Part shown: positions 9,843 to 19,810 of the stretch, in pieces | How positions within the stretch are numbered: the first letter of the stretch is position 1 | Layout: each line of letters starts with the position of its first letter | NCBI GenBank assembly: GCA_964291395.2 | Contig: OZ219856.1 | Location: forward strand, 416,001-480,000 | Reading direction: 5' to 3' | DNA: 64,000 bases | Origin: Alphaproteobacteria bacterium | GTDB taxonomy: Bacteria > Pseudomonadota > Alphaproteobacteria > UBA2966 | Notes under the pieces: generated by a model | What the model saw: the letters and a program-made list of their open reading frames with translations, nothing else | Databases searched by the model: none | Told to the model about the DNA's origin: nothing | Translations under genes and position numbers: made by a program

Positions 9843-10598
9843 TCAGACGATCAGGACCACCAGGCCGACGGCGAAGATGAACCAAAGCGCGGCCCGCCGG
9901 TACAAACGATCCGAGGCGGCTCGAAAAAACCGGGCGCCGACCCAGATTCCGAATGCGTATGGAAGCATGATCAGGGCGAACCTGATCAGCGTCTGGTGCC
10001 CGATGGCGCCCTGTGCCGCCATGGAGACGATCGTGCTGATGGGGAATATCGTCGAAACGAACAGGATATTGGCCCGCGTTACCGCCGCTTCGACGGGTGC
10101 GGACAGAAGGTACAGGGAGTAGATCGGACCGGACGTCGCGCTTGATCCGGCGACGAGTCCGGAGAGCATGCCCGTCAGGCCGCCGGCGATGGACCCGCGC
10201 GGCCCGCGGTATGTCCAACCTGACAACATGATCACGGCGAAAAGCAGCACGATTCCGCCGATGGAGCGGCGCATGAAATCCGCGTCGGTCGCGAGCAGGA
10301 CGTATGTCCCGAACGGGATGGTCGCGGCGCCGCAAAGGGCGACGGGCAATGATTCCCGAACCTGCACGCGCCGTCTGATCTGCGGCCACAACAGGACAAC
10401 GGCCGTAGTACTGGTCATGGTGACGATCGCGATGGCATCCGTTGGATTGAAAATGACCGCGAACAACGGTGACATGATCAGGCCTGCGCCGAATCCGGCG
10501 AAACCGAAAATCACGCCCGACAGGACCGAGGCGATGACCGCGTAAAGAAGGTCGGTGTTCAGCGAGTCCGCAAGTATTTCCATGCCGGCGGCCGGCAT
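9843..10598 (-). CDS. TauE/SafE sulfite-exporter family membrane protein
   Basis: GFAGFGAGLI motif, about 8 TM segments, G..SG..GP second repeat. Confidence 0.8.
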   Translation of the reverse strand: MPAAGMEILADSLNTDLLYAVIASVLSGVIFGFAGFGAGLIMSPLFAVIFNPTDAIAIVTMTSTTAVVLLWPQIRRRVQVRESLPVALCGAATIPFGTYVLLATDADFMRRSIGGIVLLFAVIMLSGWTYRGPRGSIAGGLTGMLSGLVAGSSATSGPIYSLYLLSAPVEAAVTRANILFVSTIFPISTIVSMAAQGAIGHQTLIRFALIMLPYAFGIWVGARFFRAASDRLYRRAALWFIFAVGLVVLIV

Positions 10599-10603
10599 GC
10601 CGT

Positions 10604-12064
10604 TCAGGCGACGTGACTGAGCCGGGTGTTGCCCTTCTCTACGAAGACATAGCTGACCTCGGGCCGGTGGGAGATCTCCTGGATCAGGGTCGCGACCGGT
10701 GTCCGTGCCATGGGCCGCCCCTCGCGCACCTTGCAGGCCTCGCGCCAGGCATCGAGGAGCTTGGGCTTGAAGTGCATGGCGAGGATCAGTTCTTCGTCCG
10801 ATTCGAAGGGACCGTGCTCGGCCCGGAAGCCTTCCACCATGGGCTTGAGCAGGGCACCCGGCCGGTCCGTGATGGGCTCCTCGCCGTCGGCGATCCGATC
10901 CAAGACATTGGGATCGACGGGCGCGGCCAGTTCGCCGTACCAGCCCAGGACGTAGCGCTTAATCTCGGTCTGAACGGTCGTATACCGTTCCGCTTCGACG
11001 ACGTTCAGCAGCGCCTGAACGCCAATGAACTGGGACATCGGGCTCACCATGATGGGCCAGCCCAGTTCCTCGCGCATGCGGACGATTTCCTCAAGCACCG
11101 CCGGAAGCTTGTCGTGGAGGCCGATCTCCTCCATCTGCTTCTCGAGGTTGCTCCGCATGCCGCCGGGAACCTGATGCCGGAACAACCCGGGGTCGTAGGC
11201 GACGGGCGCACCGATGGGTTTGCCGTGCTTGATCGCCTGCTGTCGGAAATGCTCCGCGATTGCGTCGACCTTGTCGAAATCCAGGTCCAGGTCCATGCCC
11301 TGGTTACGCGCCTCGTGGGCGATCAGCTCGGTCGGCGGATTCGATGTGGCATGCGCGATCGGCGAGATCGCCGTATGTACGACGTCGACGCCCAGGGGAA
11401 GGGACTCGAGCGCGACGAGAGGTCCCAGCCCCGAGGTGCAGTGCGTGTGCAGATGAAGATCGATCCCGTCGCCGATCGCCGCCCGCACCGCAGGCACGAG
11501 GGTACGGACGCGGTCCGGCGTCAATAGGGCGCCTGAATCCTTGATCTGGACCGCATCCACGCCGAGGACGACGAGTTCTTTCGCCTTCTCGACGAAGTGC
11601 TCGTCGGTGTGGACCGGGCTCTCGCTGAATACGATGGAGCCGACGGCGTGCAATCCGGCGTCCTTCGTTGCCTTGATCGATACGGTCATGTTGCGCGTGT
11701 CGTTGAGCGCGTCGAACGTGTTGATGCAGCCGATGCCGTGCCGCGCGAGCGCATCGATGGTCAGCGGGAATACGTCGTCGGCGAACAGGTCCCAACCGAG
11801 AACGTTAAGGCTCCGGATATAGACGTTCTTGAGGGTTCGTGGAGCGAGCCGCTGGATCATCCGCAGGCGTTCCCAGGGATCCTCCGCCAGGTAGTAGATG
11901 CAGGATTCGAACACGGCCGAACCGGCGACCCCCATCACGCCGTAGGCCGCCTCGTCCATGGTCGGGATGATGGGCTCCATCATCTCGCTGGTCATGCGGG
12001 TCGCCCAAAGGCTCTGATGGGCGTCTCGCAGCGCCGTTTCCCAGATTCGGAGCTTTCTGCTCAT
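10604..12064 (-). CDS. pyruvate carboxylase B / oxaloacetate decarboxylase alpha-like carboxyltransferase without a biotin domain
   Basis: LRDAHQSL, EDPWERL, HLHTH, HQVPGGM and MVSPMSQ motifs. Confidence 0.85.
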   Translation of the reverse strand: MSRKLRIWETALRDAHQSLWATRMTSEMMEPIIPTMDEAAYGVMGVAGSAVFESCIYYLAEDPWERLRMIQRLAPRTLKNVYIRSLNVLGWDLFADDVFPLTIDALARHGIGCINTFDALNDTRNMTVSIKATKDAGLHAVGSIVFSESPVHTDEHFVEKAKELVVLGVDAVQIKDSGALLTPDRVRTLVPAVRAAIGDGIDLHLHTHCTSGLGPLVALESLPLGVDVVHTAISPIAHATSNPPTELIAHEARNQGMDLDLDFDKVDAIAEHFRQQAIKHGKPIGAPVAYDPGLFRHQVPGGMRSNLEKQMEEIGLHDKLPAVLEEIVRMREELGWPIMVSPMSQFIGVQALLNVVEAERYTTVQTEIKRYVLGWYGELAAPVDPNVLDRIADGEEPITDRPGALLKPMVEGFRAEHGPFESDEELILAMHFKPKLLDAWREACKVREGRPMARTPVATLIQEISHRPEVSYVFVEKGNTRLSHVA

Positions 12065-13434
12065 GCCGTCATGCTCTCCTGTGGCATCACCTGTCCGATG
12101 TTCTTTTCCAGCCACTGTGTATTGAATTTGCCTTTCCTGAAGGCCTCGGATTCGAGCAGGGAAAGGTGGAAGGGAATGGTCGACGGAATGCCGTCGATGA
12201 CGTAACCCGCCAGAGCCGTCCGCATCTTTTCGATGGCCTCGGCGCGGTTGGCGGCCCAGACGATGACCTTGGCGATCATGGAATCGTAGTAGGGAGGCAC
12301 CGTATAGCCGGCATAACAATGCGAATCGATCCGCACACCAGGTCCGCCGGGCGCGACATACGCGGCGAGCGTTCCGGGGGACGGCATAAAATTACGGGCG
12401 CCGTCTTCCGCGTTGATGCGGCATTCAATCGCATGGCCGCGCAACTTCACGTCCTTCTGCTTCAGCGACAGGCCCTCGCCGCCCGCGATCAGGAGCTGCT
12501 CGCGAACCAGATCGACGCCGGTCAGCATCTCGGTGACGGGGTGCTCGACCTGGATGCGCGTATTCATTTCGATGAAGTGGAACGCCTGCTCGTCGAGGTC
12601 GACGAGAAATTCGACGGTGCCCGCGCCTTCGTAGTCCACGCTCGCCGCCAAGGCGGCTGCGGCCTCGTGGAGGTCCTGTCTCAGGGCACGCGTGATGACC
12701 GGGCAAGGGCCTTCCTCCACCAGCTTCTGGTGACGCCGCTGCATCGAGCAATCGCGCTCGCCCACATGTATAACGTCGCCTTGCCCGTCGCCCAATACCT
12801 GGACTTCCACGTGACGCGCGTTCCCGATGTATCTCTCCAGATAGATCGACGAATCGCCGAACGCTGCCTGTGCCTCGGCCTGCGCCGAGAGTGCGTTGCG
12901 AGAAAGTTGGGCCGGCGTCTCGGCCAGCATCATGCCCCGCCCGCCGCCACCCGCCGCCGCCTTGATCAGGACGGGGTAGCCGATCTTCTCAGCGACCGCG
13001 GCCAATTCACCGGGGTCGACGGCCTTGCCGTCGGAGCCGGGAACCGTCGGCACGCCGGCCTCCGCCGCCACGGTACGCGCCACCGCCTTGTCCGCCATCT
13101 GTCGGATGGAATGTCCCGTGGGGCCGACGAACTTGATGCCTGCGTCGACGCAGGCATCGGAAAACGCTGCATTCTCGGCGAGAAAGCCATAGCCCGGGTG
13201 AATGCCGTCGGCTTTCACGTACATGGCGGCGCCGATCAGCGACCCCGCGTTGAGGTAACTTCGCGTTGCCTGCGCCGGGCCGATACAGACCGCTTTGTCC
13301 GCAAGACGGACATGGAGCGAGTCGTGGTCCGCCTCGGAGTAGACGGCCACCGTTTCGATACCCAGCTCCCGGCAGGCTCGAATGACCCGCACGGCGATCT
13401 CGCCGCGATTGGCGATGAGGACTCGGCGGAGCAT
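12061..13434 (-). CDS. accC: biotin carboxylase
   Basis: VLIANRGEIA, HPGYGFLAE, GGGGRG, EMNTRIQVEH, PPYYDSMIAK. Confidence 0.92.
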   Translation of the reverse strand: MLRRVLIANRGEIAVRVIRACRELGIETVAVYSEADHDSLHVRLADKAVCIGPAQATRSYLNAGSLIGAAMYVKADGIHPGYGFLAENAAFSDACVDAGIKFVGPTGHSIRQMADKAVARTVAAEAGVPTVPGSDGKAVDPGELAAVAEKIGYPVLIKAAAGGGGRGMMLAETPAQLSRNALSAQAEAQAAFGDSSIYLERYIGNARHVEVQVLGDGQGDVIHVGERDCSMQRRHQKLVEEGPCPVITRALRQDLHEAAAALAASVDYEGAGTVEFLVDLDEQAFHFIEMNTRIQVEHPVTEMLTGVDLVREQLLIAGGEGLSLKQKDVKLRGHAIECRINAEDGARNFMPSPGTLAAYVAPGGPGVRIDSHCYAGYTVPPYYDSMIAKVIVWAANRAEAIEKMRTALAGYVIDGIPSTIPFHLSLLESEAFRKGKFNTQWLEKNIGQVMPQESMTA

Positions 13435-13454
13435 TCGACTCTTGCGAGCGTCGA

Positions 13455-13949
13455 TCAATTGGGCTCGAACCACATGACGGTCTGATTCGCGCCCACGGCT
13501 TCCGCGTTTTCGACGGGAATGCTCAACACCAGGCCGTCACAGGGTGCTTTCAGCGTGTTCATCACCTTCATCACGTCGAGGATGCAGACGGTGTCGCCGC
13601 TCATTACCTTGTCGCCTTCTTCGACGAAGGGATCAGCGCCCGGTGCCGGCGCCCGGTAGAACGTTCCGGACAACGGGGAATTGAGTGCTACGGCGGTATC
13701 GCTTGGTGCGGCAGAGCCGACGGTGTCGGTCGCGGGTTCCGTCGTCGCGGGCTGCGAAGCGGGGCTCGCCGTCGGCGTCTCGGGCATCGCTGTCGGCGGG
13801 GCGACTGTCGTCGTGACCGCCGGCCCCCCTTCGGCATCGTGCTTACGGACAATCAGCTTGAAGTCGTCGACTTCGATATGGATTTCCTTGGTCGACGACT
13901 GGTCGATAATCTTGAGAATCTCCTGAACGTCTTCGTAGGTGAGTGACAC
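13455..13949 (-). CDS. accB: biotin carboxyl carrier protein
   Basis: Pro/Ala/Thr linker, SPLSGTFYRAP, VMKVMN biotinylation site. Confidence 0.88.
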   Translation of the reverse strand: MSLTYEDVQEILKIIDQSSTKEIHIEVDDFKLIVRKHDAEGGPAVTTTVAPPTAMPETPTASPASQPATTEPATDTVGSAAPSDTAVALNSPLSGTFYRAPAPGADPFVEEGDKVMSGDTVCILDVMKVMNTLKAPCDGLVLSIPVENAEAVGANQTVMWFEPN

Positions 13950-14272
13950 CGTGCAGCCCTCTGTCGGCTCTTTCGCCCGAACGGATGATCTGTTTCGCGC
14001 GCCATTCATGCGGGGCGCGGTCGATGACGACGCCCGAAGAGCGCGGGCCTACGAAGCATATCCGGGAATGCGAGTCAACTTGACGGCCGCCCCGGCACGG
14101 ACCGGAGTCCGGCGAAGATGAGGCGCATCGCAGACCCGCCCTCGCAGGAGAGGGAGCCGGACCCGGGTTCGGATCTGAACTCCGATTCCGAGTGGCCCCG
14201 CATCCGGCGATTTGCGCAACTCCATCGCTTCCGATTGAATGCGGGCACGACAGCAGTGCGGATTGGATCGAC

Positions 14273-14821
14273 ATGAACACCCAACCGGCCGTGACATCGA
14301 ACAACCCTGCGGAACAGCTCTACGAGCGTGTACGCAGTCATGGCATCGACTTCTTCGTCTCCGTGCCGTGCAGCCTTCTCGGCGAGGTCATCGAGATTCT
14401 CGAGGGCGATACCGAGGTGACCTACACGCCGGTCACACGGGAAGAAGAGGGCATCGGCGTTCTCGCGGGCGCCTACCTGGCGGGCCGCCGGCCGGCCATC
14501 GTCATGCAGAACTCGGGGTACGGCAACATCGTCAACGCGGTGTGCTCGCTCGTGAACTATTACAGCATTCCGATCGTCATGCTGGTCAGCCACCGCGGGA
14601 GCGCGGGTGAGCGGATCGAGGCCCAAGTTCCCATGGGTGATGCCGTGCAGGGCGTCATGGAAGCCTCGGGCGTCAAATGTGTGCCCATCGCGCATCCTTC
14701 GGATCTCGACGGCGTGGACGAGGGGATCGAGTGGGCCCTGGCCGAAGAGAAGTCGATCGCGTTCCTGTTTCCGTTCAGTTTCTGGCAGGATGCGGAAACC
14801 TACGTGCCCGAACACCGATAG
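14273..14821 (+). CDS. comD: sulfopyruvate decarboxylase alpha subunit
   Basis: SVPC, TREEEGIG, MQNSG.GN and SHRG..GE...AQ.PMG motifs. Confidence 0.85.
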   Translation: MNTQPAVTSNNPAEQLYERVRSHGIDFFVSVPCSLLGEVIEILEGDTEVTYTPVTREEEGIGVLAGAYLAGRRPAIVMQNSGYGNIVNAVCSLVNYYSIPIVMLVSHRGSAGERIEAQVPMGDAVQGVMEASGVKCVPIAHPSDLDGVDEGIEWALAEEKSIAFLFPFSFWQDAETYVPEHR

Positions 14822-14830
14822 GGGGAACGG

Positions 14831-15394
14831 ATGCGCCGCTACGAAGCCACCCGCGAGATCATGAACGCGATCGGCGACGAGTTCGTCGTATGCAACATCG
14901 GGCATCCAAGCCAGGAGATCTTCGAGCTGCGGGACCGGCCGGAGAACTTCTACATGTTCGGATCGATGGGGCTCTCCTCGTCTATCGGCTTGGGGGTGGC
15001 GATGGCGCAGGATCGTATGGTCGTCGCCCTGGATGGCGACGGATCGGTCGCCATGAACATGGGAACGCTGGCGACCATCGGACTCGTGCGTCCCAAGAAT
15101 TACATGCTCGTCATCATCGACAATCGGTCATATGGCTCCACCGGGTTTCAGCGCTCGTTCACGGCCGACAATCTCCGGCTGGAAGAGGTCGCCAGGGGCT
15201 CCGGCGTAGAGAGCGTCGTGGCGGTTCATCGGGAGACCGAGATCGCACCGACCGTGACCCGCCTCCTCAAGGAGGACGGCCCCCATGTCCTGGTCGTCAA
15301 ATGCGAGCCCGGAATGCCCGATGGCATCGGGGTCATTCCCATCGACGGAATGGAAGTGCGCAACCGGTTCATGGCGGCCGCGAAGCCAGGGTAA
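14831..15394 (+). CDS. comE: sulfopyruvate decarboxylase beta subunit
   Basis: NFYMFGSMG, DGDGS and DN.SYGSTG.Q motifs. Confidence 0.85.
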   Translation: MRRYEATREIMNAIGDEFVVCNIGHPSQEIFELRDRPENFYMFGSMGLSSSIGLGVAMAQDRMVVALDGDGSVAMNMGTLATIGLVRPKNYMLVIIDNRSYGSTGFQRSFTADNLRLEEVARGSGVESVVAVHRETEIAPTVTRLLKEDGPHVLVVKCEPGMPDGIGVIPIDGMEVRNRFMAAAKPG

Positions 15395-15690
15395 AGCGGA
15401 TAACCGATGCCGCACCGGACAAACGGCAAAGGCGGGGTCCGACACCACCTTCCCGCCCGGGTATTCCTCGTCACTCGGCCGAGCGGATCTGCACGCTGCT
15501 GTCCGTCAGGGCTGATCAACGAACTGAGGGAATACTCGACGTACTCCCGCAGCAGCCCCGGCGTGTCACGCTGAGCGCAGCCGCGACCCGTCGTTCGTCA
15601 TCTTCTCCCCGACTGAAACACGGTCGGGCCCGGGACGACGCAGGCACCATAACCGGATGGCGACCTCGGAAAATCACAAACGCGCGAGGC

Positions 15691-16458
15691 TCAGGGTGCG
15701 AACTGCTCGTTCAAAATGCGTTCCTCGAGGTCGTGTTCCGGGTCGAATAGGAGTTGCAGGCTTCGCGTACTGTCTTCGCGCACGTCGACGGAGACGACGT
15801 CCCGAACCTCCGTGTGATCCGCGACCGCGCTGACCGGCCGTTTCCCGTTTTCGAGGACGTCGAACCGGACCTTGGCGCTCCGGGGCAGGATCGCACCGCG
15901 CCATCGCCGGGGACGGAAGGCGCTGATCGGCGTAAGTGCAAGTACCTCGGCGGAAAGGGGCAGGATCGGACCGTGAGCGGACAGGTTGTAGGCGGTGCTG
16001 CCGGCCGGTGTCGAAATCAGAACGCCATCGCAGATGAGTTCGTCGAGCCGGACAACCTTGTCGACCGTTATCCGGACCTTCGCCGCCTGATAAGTCTCGC
16101 GGAGCAGGGAGACTTCGTTGACGGCGATGGCGCGCCGCGTCTTCCCGTCCGCCGTCTTGACCGTCATGCGCAGTGGATGCAACGTCACGGTCTCTGCCTT
16201 CGCCACCCGTGCCTTCAGGTCTCCGTCGCTGAATTCGTTCATCAGGAATCCAACCGATCCCTGGTTTAAGCCGTAAATCGGCACCCCTCGGTTCATGAAC
16301 CTGTGCAACGTCTCGAGCATGAAGCCGTCGCCACCGATGGCCACGATGACATCGGCCTTGGAGGGCGGCACGTGCGCATATCGTGATTGGAGGGCGGCAC
16401 GCGCTCCTTTCGCCTGCGCCGTGTCGGTCGCTACGAAGGCGATATCGGTTTTCTTCAT
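15691..16458 (-). CDS. ppnK: NAD kinase
   Basis: GGDG, NE, DG and [12 protein letters not shown] motifs. Confidence 0.93.
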   Translation of the reverse strand: MKKTDIAFVATDTAQAKGARAALQSRYAHVPPSKADVIVAIGGDGFMLETLHRFMNRGVPIYGLNQGSVGFLMNEFSDGDLKARVAKAETVTLHPLRMTVKTADGKTRRAIAVNEVSLLRETYQAAKVRITVDKVVRLDELICDGVLISTPAGSTAYNLSAHGPILPLSAEVLALTPISAFRPRRWRGAILPRSAKVRFDVLENGKRPVSAVADHTEVRDVVSVDVREDSTRSLQLLFDPEHDLEERILNEQFAP

Positions 16459-16509
16459 GGACGGGACAGTGCCGACGGGAGCCCCTTGCGGCTCGGCAGC
16501 ATAGTGGGG

Positions 16510-17592
16510 CTAACCGCCAGTGACACTCATGTGCCGAGGGACGGCCGGGTCCCGATGACGCCGGTCGATGACGAAGTCATGGCCTTTGGGCTTGCGGCCG
16601 ATGGCTTCGTCGATGCTGGCGTGCAGCAGGGTATCGTCGTCGGGAGCAAGCCGAAGCGGCGCGCGCAAATCCGCCGCATCCTGCTGTCCAAGGCACATGT
16701 ACAACGTGCCCGTGCACGTGAGACGGACGCGGTTGCACAGTTCGCAGAAATTGTGGGATAGCGGGGTGATGAACCCAAGACGGCGGCCGGTCTCGCGGAT
16801 GCGCACGTAGCGGGACGGGCCGCCGGTCCGGTAATCCGTCTCCTCGAGCGTCCAGCGATTCCTGAGGCCGGCGCGAACCATCGACAGCGGCAGATACCGG
16901 TCGGTGCGATCCTCGTCGATCTCGCCCATCGGCATCGTTTCGATCAGTGTAAGGTCGAGTCCCTCGTCGCCGCACCATCGGATGATGGTATCGAATTCGT
17001 CGTCGTTCACGCCCCGCAAGGCGACGGTGTTGATCTTGATCTCGTGCCCCGCCGCCTGAGCGGCACGGACACCCTTCAGCACCCGCGCGAGATCGCCCCG
17101 CCGCGTGATCGTGCGAAACTTTCCGGGGTCCAACGTGTCGAGCGATACGTTGATCCGGCGGACACCCGCCGCGAACAGATCGGCGGCATGCTTCTCGAGC
17201 TGGCTGCCGTTGGTCGTCAAAGTGAGCTCGTCCAAGAGACCCGAGTCCAGATGCCGGCCAAGTCGCCGGAACAACTGCATGACGTCTCGGCGGACCAGGG
17301 GTTCCCCGCCCGTGATTCGGAGTTTGCGAACACCGCGTTCCGCGAACGCGGTGCAGATCCGGTCCAGTTCCTCGAGCGTGAGAACTTCGGCTTTGGGCAG
17401 GAAGCTCATGTCTTCCGCCATGCAGTAGACGCAGCGGAAATCGCAGCGGTCCGTGACGGAGACCCGCAGATACGTGACGCGGCGTCCGAACGGATCAATG
17501 AGGCCGCCGTCCGCCGACCGGCCTTGCTCCGCCAGCCAGAGACGATCGCTCTCGATCGTTTTCGCCTCGCTTGGAATGGTACCGTTCCCCAT
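16510..17592 (-). CDS. moaA: GTP 3',8-cyclase
   Basis: CDFRCVYC radical-SAM motif, FCELCNR..C and C-terminal GG. Confidence 0.95.
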   Translation of the reverse strand: MGNGTIPSEAKTIESDRLWLAEQGRSADGGLIDPFGRRVTYLRVSVTDRCDFRCVYCMAEDMSFLPKAEVLTLEELDRICTAFAERGVRKLRITGGEPLVRRDVMQLFRRLGRHLDSGLLDELTLTTNGSQLEKHAADLFAAGVRRINVSLDTLDPGKFRTITRRGDLARVLKGVRAAQAAGHEIKINTVALRGVNDDEFDTIIRWCGDEGLDLTLIETMPMGEIDEDRTDRYLPLSMVRAGLRNRWTLEETDYRTGGPSRYVRIRETGRRLGFITPLSHNFCELCNRVRLTCTGTLYMCLGQQDAADLRAPLRLAPDDDTLLHASIDEAIGRKPKGHDFVIDRRHRDPAVPRHMSVTGG

Positions 17593-17593
17593 G

Positions 17594-17620
17594 GTCGTTA
17601 TATTCCCTAAAACATAACAC
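17594..17620. promoter_or_regulatory. ModE/Mop-type operator
   Basis: cGTTATAT-N8-ACATAAC dyad between divergent moaA and fdhD. Confidence 0.65.
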
Positions 17621-17715
17621 TTTTCAAGTGTTTCAAGAAGTCCTGCGCCCGCCGGATCCCTCCGGCAAGACGCGTTTCCCTTGGCGGATGCGTTCCGGCG
17701 GCGCATAGTGATGTC

Positions 17716-18597
17716 ATGTCCAGGTTCATCGTGACGCCTGATCCGCAGAATCCGCGCCTCGTCGAAACCGTCCGCGCCACCGATCACACGGGCATGGACA
17801 CGGAGGCGTCCGTGCCGGTGGAGAGACCGCTTACGCTTTTTCTCAATTCCCGGGAAGTGGTCACCATGATGACCATCGGGGACTATCCCGAGTGTCTGGC
17901 GATCGGTTACCTGTTGAATCAGAACATGCTTCAGCCGACGGAAGAGATCGTCGGGATCGACGTCGACGACGAAATCGACGTCGTCGTGGTTCGAACGGAG
18001 GAGGAAACCGATTTCGAGGAGAAGCTGAAGCGGAAGACGCTGACTTCCGGGTGCGCCCAGGGCACGGTGTTCGGCGACGTAATGGAGAAGTTCGACGAGG
18101 TCATTCTACCGCCCGACGCCGTCGTGCGGACCTCGTGGATCTACAGGTTGTCCCGCGCGATCAATACGCAGCCGAGCATTTATCTTCGCGCAGGAGCCAT
18201 CCACGGATGTGTGCTGTGCGAGGCGGACCAGCCGCTGATCTATATGGAGGACGTGGGGCGGCACAACGCGATCGACAAGATCGCCGGCTACATGCTCCTC
18301 AACGGCATGGGACCGAAGAACAAGATTTTCTACACGACGGGCCGCCTGACCAGTGAGATGGTCATAAAGTGCGTGCAGATGCGGATCCCAATCCTCATTT
18401 CCCGGTCCGGGTTCACGGCCTGGGGGGTCGAGCTCGCGCGCCGGGCGAACCTGACGTTGATCGGGCGGGCCAAGGGCAAGCGGTTTCTCTGTGTTTCGGG
18501 GGAGGAGCGCATCGTCTTCGATGCCGATCCCGACCAAGTGCCGGAGGAGAGCGCCCGGGTCCAGCGCAAGGCGAGCCTGCGGGAAGATGTCGTCTGA
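17716..18597 (+). CDS. fdhD: formate dehydrogenase accessory sulfurtransferase
   Basis: [23 protein letters not shown] and [10 protein letters not shown] motifs. Confidence 0.93.
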   Translation: MSRFIVTPDPQNPRLVETVRATDHTGMDTEASVPVERPLTLFLNSREVVTMMTIGDYPECLAIGYLLNQNMLQPTEEIVGIDVDDEIDVVVVRTEEETDFEEKLKRKTLTSGCAQGTVFGDVMEKFDEVILPPDAVVRTSWIYRLSRAINTQPSIYLRAGAIHGCVLCEADQPLIYMEDVGRHNAIDKIAGYMLLNGMGPKNKIFYTTGRLTSEMVIKCVQMRIPILISRSGFTAWGVELARRANLTLIGRAKGKRFLCVSGEERIVFDADPDQVPEESARVQRKASLREDVV

Positions 18598-19215
18598 CGT
18601 CGTCGGCGTCCTCCTCGCCGGCGGGCAGTCGCGGCGCATGGGCGGCGGCGACAAGTGTCTTAAGACCGTCGGCGGGGAAACGCTTCTCTCCCGCGTGATC
18701 GCGCGGGCACGACCGCAGGTCGGACCGCTCCTTCTCAACGCCAACGGCGACCCCACCCGATTCTCGGGCTTCGGCTTGCCTGTGGTGGCCGACGTGGTGG
18801 AGGGTTTTCACGGCCCGCTCGCCGGCGTTCTCACCGGTATGGACTGGGCGGCCGACCAGGTGCCCGCTACCCGTTGGATCGCGACCTTCGCCACAGACGC
18901 CCCCTTCTTTCCGCTCGACCTCGTCGATCGGTTGCTGGCGGCCGTGGAAGGGGCGGCGGCGGAGCTTGCGTGCGCCAAGTCGGCGGGGCGGACCCATCCG
19001 GTCTTCGGCCTCTGGCCCGTGGCTCTCGCTGGCGATCTGCGTTCGACTTTGGTCGACGAGCAGCTACGCAGGATCGATGCGTGGACGGCGCGCCACCGCC
19101 TCGTGGAGGTATCGTTCCCGACCGATTCGATCCGTTCTTCAACCTCAACAGTCCCGAAGACCTGGCGGCGGCGGCGTGCCTGGCCCGCGGTAATTCGGAA
19201 ACGAAGAAACAGTGA
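18587..19215 (+). pseudogene. mobA: molybdenum cofactor guanylyltransferase, frameshift near 19125
   Basis: LLAGGQSRRMG, GPLAG and DAPF in one frame; conserved DPFFNLNSPEDL C-terminus in another frame. Confidence 0.8.
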
Positions 19216-19417
19216 AGCGCTCGCCGGGGCGGATGGGGATGCGAGCTATGGCATGCCTCCTCAACGATAACCGACGATTTCGACCTCGGACGGACCTGGC
19301 CTGCCGCCGGCCATTCGAAGCAGATTCGCCGCCAGTCATTGATGCGGGGACTCTATTGAACGTGGCCTTGACACGACTCACAATCCTTTCTCTCATCGGC
19401 GCCGTGAGGAGGGCGCC

Positions 19418-19792
19418 ATGGCGCGGCCCGGAAAGTCCAAAAAGCAGCGGCCCCAGGTACGCATCTTGTTCGGTTCCGTCTATCCGCTGGGACCGGGCAA
19501 GGCCTCGCTGATCGAGGCGGTGGGGCGGACCGGATCGATCTCCGCGGCGGCGCGCGAGCTGGGCATGTCCTATCGGCGTGCCTGGCAGCTGATCGACGCC
19601 ACGAACAAATGCTTCCGGCAGCCGCTCGTGGAAACCGCCACGGGGGGGCGCGGCGGCGGAGGTGCCACGGTGACCCCGTTCGGCGAAGAGGTGCTGGACC
19701 GCTTCCGGACGATCGAGGCGAAAGCGGTCGCCAGCGTCGACCGCGATATCACGGAATTCGAGCGTTACCTGGCCGACGAGCCTTCCGGTTGA
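19418..19792 (+). CDS. modE: ModE-type winged-helix regulator (N-terminal domain only)
   Basis: GSISAAARELGMSYRRAW and GGRGGGGA.VT motifs; no TOBE/molybdate domain. Confidence 0.85.
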   Translation: MARPGKSKKQRPQVRILFGSVYPLGPGKASLIEAVGRTGSISAAARELGMSYRRAWQLIDATNKCFRQPLVETATGGRGGGGATVTPFGEEVLDRFRTIEAKAVASVDRDITEFERYLADEPSG

Positions 19793-19810
19793 GCAGGACG
19801 AGCGCGGGCG

